Assembly: GCA_004524445.1 (NCBI GenBank)
Contig: SDNP01000014.1
Span: forward strand, 1 to 64,000
Reading direction: 5' to 3'
DNA: 64,000 nt
Source of the DNA: Candidatus Thorarchaeota archaeon
GTDB taxonomy: Archaea; Asgardarchaeota; Thorarchaeia; Thorarchaeales; Thorarchaeaceae
Made by a program: the position numbers and the translations under genes. Of the stretch, positions 1 through 9,515 are shown piece after piece; position 1 is the first letter of the stretch, and every line of letters starts with the position of its first letter. Under the pieces are notes generated by a model that saw only the letters and a list, made by a program, of their open reading frames with translations, was not told the DNA's origin and made no database searches.

Positions 1-468
1 CAATAGGTAGACCGCCTGAAACAGGAAACGCGGCGTTTATTCATGAAATGAGAAAAGAAATAAACAGCATTTCTAGTCGATCTAGCAGGAGCTCTATTGT
101 TAGGCATTGGTGCACCTTTTCTTGTTGAACCTCTTTATCTGATTATATGCCATACAGTGAGAGAACTGGATAGAAACCATTCCTTGCAATCGGAGATAGA
201 GAAATGAAAATAGTCTTTGGGTTCTTTGGGTCCGCCTTTCTGGTTGGAGTTGGTTTAGTCATAATCCTCCTTAATACGACGATTATGAGAGAATGATTTG
301 TCAACCCAAGGTAGTCCATTTGGACTCATTTCTATCTCATCTTGGTGTTGTTTTTGCTGAACATATGTCGAGTTGATATTCAGATTCCGAACTAGTTAAT
401 CATAAAAGATAATTGAGAAGAGAGGCTAGTTCTTCTCTTCTCTTTCTAATACCAACAGATTGTAAGAA

Positions 469-1023
469 CTACTCCGGTAGGAATTTGCGAACGAAGGGAG
501 AAGTTTCTCCTTTCCGCATGAAGTGTCCAGAGGGTCCTTCGCCAAGAAACTCTGAGAACCACGCTTCATGTTCGATCTCTTCATTAAGGATAGCCTGTGA
601 CAGGAGATAGGTTCTATGGTCCTTTCCTGCTGTCATGTTACATATCTCAGTGTATCCTCTGACTGCACATCTCTCAGCGCCTACCAAGACTTTGAGGATG
701 GCCTGAACATCTGTAGGATCGTCGGGTATTTTGGCAGGGGGACATGCTGAAATGTTATGGAAGTCAACCATGTCTTCTGGTAGTCCTCCGCCAAGCTCGT
801 AGATTCGTGGGACTAACGCTTCAAAGTGATTTCTGTCCTCAATGCGAGCCGCCTCTGCAATCTCTTTGATGCCCTCGCCTTCGAGGCCTATTAGGTTAGC
901 ACGAAGGATTGTGTAATAGTAATATGTTGTTAATTCCGCGGCTGCATTCTTGATTAGAAGATCGAGCAATTTGTCAACATCGACTCCAGCCTTCTCGACC
1001 ATCTCTCTTGCTACTCTTGCCAT
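469..1023 (-). CDS. dpsL: DPS-like (DPSL) ferritin-superfamily protein
   Basis: Di-iron motifs (NAAAELTTYYYY, EDRNHFE, EEIEHEAW) and thioferritin Cys pair (SACPP, AERCAV); start refined to ATG 1023 after a GGTGA RBS. Confidence 0.93.
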   Translation of the reverse strand: MARVAREMVEKAGVDVDKLLDLLIKNAAAELTTYYYYTILRANLIGLEGEGIKEIAEAARIEDRNHFEALVPRIYELGGGLPEDMVDFHNISACPPAKIPDDPTDVQAILKVLVGAERCAVRGYTEICNMTAGKDHRTYLLSQAILNEEIEHEAWFSEFLGEGPSGHFMRKGETSPFVRKFLPE

Positions 1024-1050
1024 AAATAATTTCACCTTTCTTCTATATAG

Positions 1051-1076
1051 AAGTAACTTCTATTTAAATGTTACTT
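1051..1076. promoter_or_regulatory. Inverted repeat AAGTAAC-N12-GTTACTT enclosing a TTTAAAT TATA-like box; probable PerR/Fur operator
   Basis: Perfect 7-bp arms in the short divergent dpsL-perR intergenic region. Confidence 0.6.
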
Positions 1077-1114
1077 TAGATAAACTTATTATACATTATC
1101 CAGCAGGATTACCT

Positions 1115-1501
1115 GTGACCGGCCGTTTAAAGAACAATGGACTTCGAGTTACGCCACAACGCGTTGAATTGCTAAGCGTGCTAGAGCAACAGGGCAAATA
1201 TCACCCGTCCTTCTCTCAGGTATACGAGGCAGTGAAAGCCAACCTTCCAAGCGTAAGTCAGTCCACAATACTCAAGAATTTGGATACCTTCGAGGAGCTG
1301 GGGATAGTCCGAAGCTTCTCATATAGAGGGGAGACTAGGTATGAGCTGAATCCCTCTCCACATGTTAATCTTGCAAACGCAAACGGAAAAATAGTGGATG
1401 TCAAAGGAAAAAGGATTGAGAAGATTTTGGATGAATTGATTGAAGCCATAGAAGAAGAGGCAGGTATTGATGCCAAGAATCTGCTTGTCGTAATCGAGTA
1501 A
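1115..1501 (+). CDS. Fur/PerR-family transcriptional repressor
   Basis: GLRVTPQR, HPS, SQSTILKNL..FEELGIV, ETRYELN..PHVN motifs; divergent from dpsL; start refined to GTG 1115. Confidence 0.88.
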   Translation: MTGRLKNNGLRVTPQRVELLSVLEQQGKYHPSFSQVYEAVKANLPSVSQSTILKNLDTFEELGIVRSFSYRGETRYELNPSPHVNLANANGKIVDVKGKRIEKILDELIEAIEEEAGIDAKNLLVVIE

Positions 1502-1687
1502 ATGGACTATTTTTGTTAGCTCATAATACCATTAATACTGTCCTTCTGATTTTCTACAATCTTGCTTTTCAACAGCTTATCATGCAGCATCCTGCCCCAA
1601 AGACGAAGATCGATTGATTGGCGGGACATGCTACTCATTCTTATCATAGGACAATGCTTTTATCGTAATCATCGCGAGCCAGCATGA

Positions 1688-1829
1688 TTAAAGGCGTTGT
1701 ATGTGGAATGCCGTCTTCCTCCACGCTGTGATTTTAAAGACAAAGAGGATGGGGAGATGGATTTATAGGCAGCGCAAAAGGCGAAAGACCAAACTGAAGC
1801 CACACGATAGAAATGGTTTAGGTGTATAG
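1688..1829 (+). pseudogene. rpl39e: Decayed ribosomal protein L39e remnant
   Basis: One frame reads LKALYVECRLPP, the +1 frame continues VILKTKRMGRWIYRQRKRRKTKLK (cf. L39e KALKQNRRVPVWVIVKT..RRHWRRTKLK); canonical position upstream of rpl31e; no intact N-terminus. Confidence 0.55.
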
Positions 1830-1833
1830 AAAA

Positions 1834-2310
1834 ATGTCCCCCGATGAGGAACAAGCAGAAGAAGAGGTTTCCGAGGAGGAACCCCAGTTAGAAGAACTCG
1901 AGGAGCTTGAAGAAGAACCTGAGCTCGAGGTAGTAGAGGAGCCTGGACTCGAGGATATCGATGAGTTGGGAGACCTTGAAGATTTCGTTGAAGAAGAGGA
2001 GGAGGACCTTGAGGAAGAGGAACTCGTCGAAGAGGCCCTTCCTGAGGAAGAAATCATCGACGAGCGCATCTATACAGTACCATTAAGGAAGGTCTATTGG
2101 ACAGGAAATAGACTTCGCAGAGCCAAACGAGCAATGAGAGAGCTCCAGAAGTTCGTGGACAGACATATGAAACCTGAATTTCTAGTCATTCAACCAGAGG
2201 TCAACGAAAAAATCTGGTCTCGAGGCATGCAGAAACCACCTCGAAGAATCAGGATACGAGCAACAAAGAATGACGAAGACCTCGTGCGCGTATACCTGGC
2301 GGAGGGCTAG
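1834..2310 (+). CDS. rpl31e: 50S ribosomal protein L31e with long acidic N-terminal extension
   Basis: ERIYTVPLR, RAKRAM, EVNEKIWSRGMQKPPRRIRIR. Confidence 0.95.
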   Translation: MSPDEEQAEEEVSEEEPQLEELEELEEEPELEVVEEPGLEDIDELGDLEDFVEEEEEDLEEEELVEEALPEEEIIDERIYTVPLRKVYWTGNRLRRAKRAMRELQKFVDRHMKPEFLVIQPEVNEKIWSRGMQKPPRRIRIRATKNDEDLVRVYLAEG

Positions 2311-2316
2311 TCAACC

Positions 2317-2982
2317 ATGATCGCCCGTACGAACTTTGAGGGCGATTCCAATGTCGGAGCCTACGGAGTTGCGACAGACCGTTTCGTGTTTGTCAGCCCA
2401 AACGTGTCAGAGAAGGACCTCAATATAATCGAGAGAGCATTCAATCTTCCGTTTATTCAATCAACCGTAGCGACTTTGGACGCGGTGGGACTTGTAGCAG
2501 TAGCAAATTCAAATGGCATTCTCCTGCCCTATACAACAAGAGATGGAGAGCTTGAAACTCTCAAGAACATGTCTGAGGCGCCAATAGATTGGATAGACAG
2601 CAACATGACGGCACTTGGAAATATCGTATTGGCAAATGACCATGGAGCAATGTGCCATCCTGACTTTGATAAGAGCGCAAGGCAAAAGATGGAAGATATC
2701 CTGGATGTGGAAGTAATCCCGGGAACAATAGCAAGACTACCTATTGTTGGTTCTAACGCCATCGTCACCAATAAGGGTGCGGTTGTCCACCCCTTAGCGA
2801 CAACAGAAGAAATGGATGAACTATCAGAGCTGTTAAAAGTACATGTGGAAGTTGGAACTGTCAACAGAGGAAGCCCATATACACACCTTGGCGCGATTGC
2901 CAATTCAGATGGCATGATTACGGGGTCACAGACAACCGGTGTAGAAATGGCTCATATCTCACAGGTTCTAGGATTGGTATAA
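2317..2982 (+). CDS. eif6: Translation initiation factor 6 (aIF6/eIF6)
   Basis: NVGAYG, ALGNIVLANDHGA, GTVNRGSPY, TTGVE; synteny. Confidence 0.96.
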   Translation: MIARTNFEGDSNVGAYGVATDRFVFVSPNVSEKDLNIIERAFNLPFIQSTVATLDAVGLVAVANSNGILLPYTTRDGELETLKNMSEAPIDWIDSNMTALGNIVLANDHGAMCHPDFDKSARQKMEDILDVEVIPGTIARLPIVGSNAIVTNKGAVVHPLATTEEMDELSELLKVHVEVGTVNRGSPYTHLGAIANSDGMITGSQTTGVEMAHISQVLGLV

Positions 2983-2998
2983 TATAATTGAGTGGTTT

Positions 2999-3247
2999 AT
3001 GATGAGTGACAAAATCTGGAGAGCAACTGGCGAATTTAGGAAGAAAAGACGAACCTTCAGTTTCGATGTAGAGCTGATAGCTGATAAAGAGAAACATGTT
3101 CGAGAGAAGATTTACTCGGAAATCGGCAGCAGACACAAGGTCAAGAGAAGGGATCTAACTTTTCATAAGATTGTTGAGTTAAAGCCTGAAGAGGTTACAG
3201 ATTTAGACCTCAGGAAAATACTTGGCCTGGAGAGCGAGTTTGAATGA
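2999..3247 (+). CDS. rpl18a: 50S ribosomal protein L18a (LX/eL20)
   Basis: EKIYSEIGSRHKVKR motif; synteny. Confidence 0.93.
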   Translation: MMSDKIWRATGEFRKKRRTFSFDVELIADKEKHVREKIYSEIGSRHKVKRRDLTFHKIVELKPEEVTDLDLRKILGLESEFE

Positions 3248-3699
3248 CTCAAGATCCCAATGCACTGTTACAGAGACTGTATGCTGAACAACAGATGCTG
3301 GAATCGAATATTCAAGTCATGCAAGAGAGCATCCAGTTGGTTCAATCCTCCCTCAACTCATATAGGACTGGTCTAGAGGTCCTCAATGAGATCGAGAAGA
3401 GAAAAGAAGACGAAGTCATGCTGATTAATATCGGTGGAGCCGTTTTTGTTGAAGCAAAACTAGTGAATATTGACAAAGTCACTAGGGGCATTGGAAGCGG
3501 TGTTAGGATTGAACAATCACTAAGTGAAGCACAAGAACACATCAGCGATAGAGTTGAAATTTTGGAAAATCGTCTGTCCGAGCTTCGTGATGATTACGAG
3601 GATACCTTGACCCGTGCTCAAGCAATAAATAATCAAATGCAACAACTTGCAGCACAGGCTCAAATGCAGCAGCAACAGCCCCAACAACAGGAGGAGTAA
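3244..3699 (+). CDS. pfdA: Prefoldin subunit alpha
   Basis: Coiled coils flanking LINIGGAVFVEA and GIGSGVRIE hairpins; synteny. Confidence 0.93.
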   Translation: MTQDPNALLQRLYAEQQMLESNIQVMQESIQLVQSSLNSYRTGLEVLNEIEKRKEDEVMLINIGGAVFVEAKLVNIDKVTRGIGSGVRIEQSLSEAQEHISDRVEILENRLSELRDDYEDTLTRAQAINNQMQQLAAQAQMQQQQPQQQEE

Positions 3700-3703
3700 C
3701 TGC

Positions 3704-4615
3704 TTGTTCGAGAAGCTCCGTGGAGCCCTGGACACAGCTATTACCAAGGCTACCACCAAGGAGCTGAATGAGCAAAACCTTTCAGATGCGGTTTGGGAAT
3801 TGCAGCTTGTTCTCATCCAGAACGACGTTGCCGTGGAGGTAGCAGAGCATATCTGCGAACTCACCAAGGAAAAGCTGCTGGGTACACGTACAGGTAGGCT
3901 TCAGAATGCAAAAGAGCTTTTTGAGGAAGCACTTTATGAATCGATTTTGGAAGTGCTCACTCCAGAGGAGCAATTAGACCCAATCGAGTACGTTAAGGAA
4001 AATGCTGCAAAGGGAAACTCAACATCAGTTCTATTTGTAGGAGTGAACGGCACGGGAAAAACGACCACCCTGGCAAAAATGGCGTACCTATTCAAGAAAG
4101 AGGGGTACAGTGTTGTGGCTGCAGCGGGGGACACCTTTAGAGCTGGTAGTATTGAACAATTACAGAAACACGCCCAAAACATCGGAATTCGAGTAATTAG
4201 ACAGGACTATGGTTCGGATGCTGCGGCTGTGGCATATGATGCCGTCGCACATGCAAAATCGAAGAAAATTGATGTGGTCCTGATTGACACTGCGGGAAGA
4301 ATGCAAAGCAACAAGAATCTAATCAATGAGATGAAAAAGATAGCACGAGTTGCTGAACCGGATATGACACTCTTTGTAGGTGATGCACTAGCTGGCAACG
4401 ATGCCCTTTCTCAAGCGAGGGAGTTTCATGATGCCATCGGGATAGATGGTGCCATTCTGACAAAGGTGGACGCGGATCCTTCTGGAGGAGCAGCATTATC
4501 GATTTCGCATATCACAGGACGACCTATTGTGTATGTAGGGGTCGGGCAATCATATGAGGACTTGCGAAAATTTGACCCCAAGTGGTTCACTGAGCGGCTA
4601 ATCGAGGGAAGATGA
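3704..4615 (+). CDS. ftsY: SRP receptor GTPase FtsY
   Basis: GVNGTGKTTT, DTFRAG, DTAGR, TKVD, GVGQSYEDL; start refined to TTG 3704. Confidence 0.96.
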   Translation: MFEKLRGALDTAITKATTKELNEQNLSDAVWELQLVLIQNDVAVEVAEHICELTKEKLLGTRTGRLQNAKELFEEALYESILEVLTPEEQLDPIEYVKENAAKGNSTSVLFVGVNGTGKTTTLAKMAYLFKKEGYSVVAAAGDTFRAGSIEQLQKHAQNIGIRVIRQDYGSDAAAVAYDAVAHAKSKKIDVVLIDTAGRMQSNKNLINEMKKIARVAEPDMTLFVGDALAGNDALSQAREFHDAIGIDGAILTKVDADPSGGAALSISHITGRPIVYVGVGQSYEDLRKFDPKWFTERLIEGR

Positions 4616-4680
4616 CCCAACGTCAGTCTTATTACGACAAGGTTTCTGATTTAGAATACATCAGGTTAGAGGTGAACTGA

Positions 4681-5604
4681 TTGACTCTAAAGGGTAGAAA
4701 TTTTATAGACCTGTCAGAATTTGATAGATTAGAATTGCGAAAAATCTTGGACACAGCTCATGACTTGAAAAGAAAGCAGAAGATGGGAGAGCCTCATTCA
4801 CTCTTGAAGGGCAAGTCACTCGCCATGATTTTTATGAAGTCCTCCACTCGAACAAGAGTGTCATTTGAGGTAGGAATGACACAGCTGGGAGGACATGCAC
4901 TATACCTATCGCCAAGCGGGACACAACTTGGTAGAGGCGAAACAATCGGTGACACAGCCCAAGTACTCAGTCGTTACTGTGACGCAATCATGGCCCGAGT
5001 GTACGCTCATAGTGAAGTGGCAGATCTCGCCAAGTATGCAGATGTGCCCGTAGTAAATGGTCTATCGGACTTCCTGCATCCATGTCAAATCATGGCGGAC
5101 ATGTTGACTATCGAGGAACATAAGGGCATCCTTGAGGGGACAAAAATAGCCTATGTTGGAGATTCAAACAACGTGAGCAATTCGATAATGCAGGGTTGCA
5201 CTATAATGGGAATGGATGTCACAATCGGTTCGCCAGAGGGCTATACGCCAGATTCTAAGATAATGAAGAGAGCGGATATTCTCAGCAAGAAGTTCGATAC
5301 TACACTCGAAGTGGTTAATGACCCCAAGCAGGCTGTCAAGGACGCAGATATTATCTACACAGACACCTTCTTCAGTATGGGGCAGGAAGAGTCCAAAGAA
5401 AAAGAGAAGGCATTGATGCCCTTCCAAGTGAATAGGGATTTAGTTAAAGCAGCAAAGAAGGATGTCAGTGTCATGCACTGTCTTCCTGCACATAGAGATG
5501 AGGAACTGACTTCGGAAGTGATGGATGGTCCTCATTCTATTGTCTTTGACCAAGCAGAGAATAGATTGCATGCACAGAAGGCGATTCTTGCCTTACTTAT
5601 CTAG
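4681..5604 (+). CDS. argF: Ornithine carbamoyltransferase
   Basis: STRTR, HPCQ, HCLP, DQAENRLH motifs. Confidence 0.96.
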   Translation: MTLKGRNFIDLSEFDRLELRKILDTAHDLKRKQKMGEPHSLLKGKSLAMIFMKSSTRTRVSFEVGMTQLGGHALYLSPSGTQLGRGETIGDTAQVLSRYCDAIMARVYAHSEVADLAKYADVPVVNGLSDFLHPCQIMADMLTIEEHKGILEGTKIAYVGDSNNVSNSIMQGCTIMGMDVTIGSPEGYTPDSKIMKRADILSKKFDTTLEVVNDPKQAVKDADIIYTDTFFSMGQEESKEKEKALMPFQVNRDLVKAAKKDVSVMHCLPAHRDEELTSEVMDGPHSIVFDQAENRLHAQKAILALLI

Positions 5605-6582
5605 GTGGTCGTATTGTCAATTGAGGTCGCCGCCATAGGAAGAATCAATGTGGATTTATCCTTGAATGTTGAATCGCTGCCTGCACCAGGCGATCACATT
5701 TTCAGCACACATTCTTCCGTTTCATTTGGTGGTTCAGCAGCCAACTTCTCAAGGCAACTTGCCAAACTCGGCGTTGAAGTGGCACTCTATGCATATGTTG
5801 GTGACGATATGTTTGGGAAAGCAGCTGCGAAGAGCCTCTCTGATAGTGGGGTAGATACTGAGGGTGTATTGATTCTCGAAAACCAGCCAACAGGTTTATT
5901 CTGCAATATCAAAGGACAAAATGGCCAGCAAATCATCATAGCCAATCAGGGGGCAAATCGCTTATTGGAGAAGCATGTTTTGGATGAAGACTATCTTACA
6001 CAGGCAAAGACAGTACATGTAGCCGGGGGGTTTCCTATGATAGCCAAGAGAGCTACAGAGTTGGCGACAACAGAGGGGATGATATTCTCTTTTGACCCGG
6101 GTAGAGCTGCATCAGATATAGATTTCTCAACCATCCTCCGGAGTACTGACTTGCTCTTCTTGAATCGCAGAGAATTAAAACAATATTTTGGTATCAAGCC
6201 ATCAGAGAGAGAGCTACGAAAAATTGCGAAAACCTTTCCCGGTATTGTTGTAGTTAAGATGGGAGAGGAGGGTGCAATTGCGACTGATGGTTTTCAATAC
6301 TGTACTTCACGTATCTTCGAGGTCACTGTTGCAGACACCCTAGGTGCTGGAGATGCTTTTGCTGCAGGCTTCGTGACGGCGTGGACGCGTTCTGAGGATA
6401 TAGAACAGGCACTCCACTTTGCGAACGCAGTAGCTGCACAGGCAATCGCAGAGGACGGAGCGCAGAATGGGCAACCGACTCTGGATGAAACAGCTCAATT
6501 TTTGCGAGACTATGGGATATACATTGATGATATCCTTCGCACCTTCAAGGGAAAAGGACGAAGACGTCGTTCACGTAAGTAA
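5605..6582 (+). CDS. PfkB/ribokinase-family carbohydrate kinase
   Basis: GGSAAN, VGDDMFG, DTLGAGDAF. Confidence 0.92.
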   Translation: MVVLSIEVAAIGRINVDLSLNVESLPAPGDHIFSTHSSVSFGGSAANFSRQLAKLGVEVALYAYVGDDMFGKAAAKSLSDSGVDTEGVLILENQPTGLFCNIKGQNGQQIIIANQGANRLLEKHVLDEDYLTQAKTVHVAGGFPMIAKRATELATTEGMIFSFDPGRAASDIDFSTILRSTDLLFLNRRELKQYFGIKPSERELRKIAKTFPGIVVVKMGEEGAIATDGFQYCTSRIFEVTVADTLGAGDAFAAGFVTAWTRSEDIEQALHFANAVAAQAIAEDGAQNGQPTLDETAQFLRDYGIYIDDILRTFKGKGRRRRSRK

Positions 6583-6648
6583 TACCTAGGTAGTATTGCA
6601 GTTTTTGTTAGTATAATACACTGCAGGGTTGACAAGTGTACAGAGAAG

Positions 6649-7791
6649 GTGCCAATAATACATCCGCTTCTTGAAGAGGTCTTGAATGGACCCTCTACCG
6701 CACGGGATTCCCGCTCAGGCCAAACCAATACTCGCGTAAATAACGGAGAAACAACCGATGAGGAACTAGCAGAGCTGCTTGAAACTGTCAGTGCCAGAAT
6801 TCTGGTGGCTGGAGTAGGAGGAGCAGGAAACAATGCGATTACACGCCTTATGGAGGTAGGCGTTCAGGGAGCCGAAACATTGGCAGTCAATACTGATGCC
6901 CAAGACCTGTATTTCTGCAATTCACATCATAAACTCCTTCTTGGGAAAGAGTGTTGTGGAGGGCTTGGGGCGGGAAACAATCCTGACTTAGGTGAAACCG
7001 CGGCATTGGAAACCTATGATGTGATCAAGGATGTGATACGTGGAGATTTGGTATTTGTCGCTGCAGGCATGGGAGGAGGAACAGGTACCGGTGCGGCTCC
7101 GCATATCGCCAAGGCAGCTAAGGAAAACGGTGCCCTTACAGTTGCGATAGTATGCCTTCCCTTTGAAGTGGAAGGGATTACACGGAGAAAAAATGCACGA
7201 CGAGGATTAAATGCATTAATGGAACATGTGGATACGCTGATTGCGATACCAAACGAAAAACTGCTGGAAATTGCGCCCGATTTATCATTACCCGAAGCAT
7301 TCATGGTGGCTGACGAAGTCCTAGTCCGCGCAGTAAAGGGCATAGCAGAGTTAATTTCAAAACCAGGATTAGTTAATCTGGACTTTGCTGACGTACGGAC
7401 CACAATGAAGAATGGTGGAGTTTCAATCATTGCTCTGGGAGAAGGGCAAGGGGAAGAAAGAGCAGAAGAGGCAGTCTATAATGCACTCAAGAATCCACTT
7501 ATTGATGTTTCAATTGAGAATGCCCGGAACATACTGGTGAATGTAAGTGGAAGTGCTGATCTTCAGCTCATGGAAGCCAAGCGTGTTGTGGAACTGGTTA
7601 CTGAACAAGTGAATCCTGATGCAGAGGTCATCTATGGCGCACTCATTGTGCCCGAGTTGGAAGATAAGCTTCGTGTAACGATTATTGCCTCCGGAGTTAG
7701 TTCTCCTTATGTCTTCGATGCGGGTTCTGAGCCAGTTACACCCCTTGCGGAAGATTTGAAATCTGACCTTGGAATACAAAAACTCGAATAA
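6649..7791 (+). CDS. ftsZ: Cell division protein FtsZ (FtsZ1-type locus)
   Basis: GVGGAGNNA, GMGGGTGTG, NLDFAD; upstream of secE-spt5. Confidence 0.96.
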   Translation: MPIIHPLLEEVLNGPSTARDSRSGQTNTRVNNGETTDEELAELLETVSARILVAGVGGAGNNAITRLMEVGVQGAETLAVNTDAQDLYFCNSHHKLLLGKECCGGLGAGNNPDLGETAALETYDVIKDVIRGDLVFVAAGMGGGTGTGAAPHIAKAAKENGALTVAIVCLPFEVEGITRRKNARRGLNALMEHVDTLIAIPNEKLLEIAPDLSLPEAFMVADEVLVRAVKGIAELISKPGLVNLDFADVRTTMKNGGVSIIALGEGQGEERAEEAVYNALKNPLIDVSIENARNILVNVSGSADLQLMEAKRVVELVTEQVNPDAEVIYGALIVPELEDKLRVTIIASGVSSPYVFDAGSEPVTPLAEDLKSDLGIQKLE

Positions 7792-7889
7792 AAATGAACG
7801 GTGCTCAGCAAGGGTTAAAAGCGTACCTTCTTTGATTCCATCTGGTTCCAGTGACTGTGTATGCAGTCCTATAAAGGAAGTGGAACAAT

Positions 7890-8066
7890 ATGGGTGTCGG
7901 TGATTTCATCAACGAGAGCAGAAGAATCTTGAAGCTGTCTACAAAGCCATCGAGAGAAGAGATATGGCTTAGTACAAAAGTCAGCCTGTTAGCAATGGTA
8001 CTTGTTGGGATGCTCAGTTTCATTATTCAAGTCTTGATGACACTGCTTACGGCAAACTGGGGCTAA
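7890..8066 (+). CDS. secE: Protein translocase SecE/Sec61-gamma (58 aa, below ORF-track cutoff)
   Basis: Translated by hand: MGVGDFINESRRILKLSTKPSREEIWLSTKVSLLAMVLVGMLSFIIQV..; KP.REE motif plus TM; synteny. Confidence 0.93.
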   Translation: MGVGDFINESRRILKLSTKPSREEIWLSTKVSLLAMVLVGMLSFIIQVLMTLLTANWG

Positions 8067-8089
8067 CACCGGGTTCTTAGACCTTAGGG

Positions 8090-8764
8090 GTGTATCTTTT
8101 GCAGCAGAAAACGAGCATATACGCAGTTAGAACAACTATTGGACAGGAAAAGGGAGTGACTGATTTAATCACTACCGCAGTCATCGGAGAAACCGATGTA
8201 TGGGGTTGTCCCTTTTGTTCAGAGGAGTTTCCATCTAAGGAAGCGACACGAATTCATATGCAGAGCTGTGACAAGGCAAAAGGTAGCGATAAGGAACCCA
8301 AGTTAATATCACAGAATCAGCTTCTTGGACGTGTAAAGGCGATTCTTGTTCCTGAAACCCTTAGAGGTTACGTATTTCTTGAAACACTCGAGTTTAGAGA
8401 TGTCGAGATTGCCATTTCTGGTGTCCCTCATGTGAGAGGAAGAGTAAGTGGCAAGGTGACCTTCGAGGAAATTGATAAATTTCTGGTACCAAAGCCAGCA
8501 GCAGAGGGAATTTCAACAGACGATGTTGTGGAACTCACTTCGGGGCCATTCAAAGGAGAACGAGCAAGAGTTGTTCGTGTTGATGCAGCAAAAGAGGAAC
8601 TAGTTGTTGAGCTTCTTGATAGCCCACATACTATTCCGTTGCGAACCCATGCTGACTTTGCTAAGATAGTGCAAAAGGCAAAGAAGGAAGACGAAGAGGC
8701 GGAAGAGACCGAGGAAGAAGAGGAAGAGGAGCTAGAAGAGGACTCTTTCTGGTCTAGAGGATAA
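8090..8764 (+). CDS. spt5: Transcription elongation factor Spt5/NusG with Zn-finger-like insertion
   Basis: IYAVRTTIGQE, LRGYVFLE, KOW motif GPFKGERARV. Confidence 0.94.
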   Translation: MYLLQQKTSIYAVRTTIGQEKGVTDLITTAVIGETDVWGCPFCSEEFPSKEATRIHMQSCDKAKGSDKEPKLISQNQLLGRVKAILVPETLRGYVFLETLEFRDVEIAISGVPHVRGRVSGKVTFEEIDKFLVPKPAAEGISTDDVVELTSGPFKGERARVVRVDAAKEELVVELLDSPHTIPLRTHADFAKIVQKAKKEDEEAEETEEEEEEELEEDSFWSRG

Positions 8765-9007
8765 ATCGAAGCCGTTTTACTTCATGACAGATGGTGTGCT
8801 AGTCCATAATGTTTTTAACAATTCACTAAGGCGACGATGTATACCTCCTTAATCTGACATGGTACACGATATCATGTCTGGGGTGATGAAAAGTGACAAG
8901 AGATGCAGTAGACTACAAAGGATTCTATTCTAGTTTTATCCTTAATGTCGGCTCTAACGATACTAATCGATATGTATCCAACCACTGCATCAGGAGAAGT
9001 GAATAAA

Positions 9008-9511
9008 TTGAGTGAACAACTAATTACAGTAGATGCCATGGTTGAAGGTGGCAAGGCTTCGGGAGGACCACCAATCGGTCCGGCACTAGGCCCTACTGGC
9101 GTGAACATTTTTCAAGTGGTCACAAAGATCAACGAGATTACTGAACCTTTTGCGGGATTGAAAGTACCAGTCACCATCACGGTGAATCCCCAGACCAAGG
9201 AATTTGAAGTTGAGGTAGGTACACCTCCAACCAGCGCGCTCATCTTGAAAGAGATCGGAGCACCCAAGGGTTCAGGAGAACCAGATGAGAATATCATTGG
9301 AAACATGACAATTGACCAAGTGAAGAATGTCGCCAAGGGGAAGGCAGCGGACCTTACCGCTCTGACAATGAAGACTGCTGCCATGATTGTCGCAGGCACC
9401 TGTGTTTCAATGGGTGTTACGATAGAAGGGAAGCCTCCGAAGGAGTTCCAGCAGGAAGTCCGGGAAGGAAAATGGGATGAGCAGTTAGACGAACCTTTGA
9501 AGGAGGACTAG
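9008..9511 (+). CDS. rpl11: 50S ribosomal protein L11
   Basis: VEGGKASGGPPIGPALGP, PPTSALI, GTCVSMGV; start refined to TTG 9008. Confidence 0.96.
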   Translation: MSEQLITVDAMVEGGKASGGPPIGPALGPTGVNIFQVVTKINEITEPFAGLKVPVTITVNPQTKEFEVEVGTPPTSALILKEIGAPKGSGEPDENIIGNMTIDQVKNVAKGKAADLTALTMKTAAMIVAGTCVSMGVTIEGKPPKEFQQEVREGKWDEQLDEPLKED

Positions 9512-9515
9512 CCAA

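Noticed and set aside
1-297. Hydrophobic reading-frame fragments at the window start
   Set aside because: Interrupted by stops and frame changes; no family recognisable, so no call can be supported.
1818-2069. Ser-rich antisense ORF (also 11264-11509)
   Set aside because: Antisense translation of Glu-rich GAA/GAG codons.
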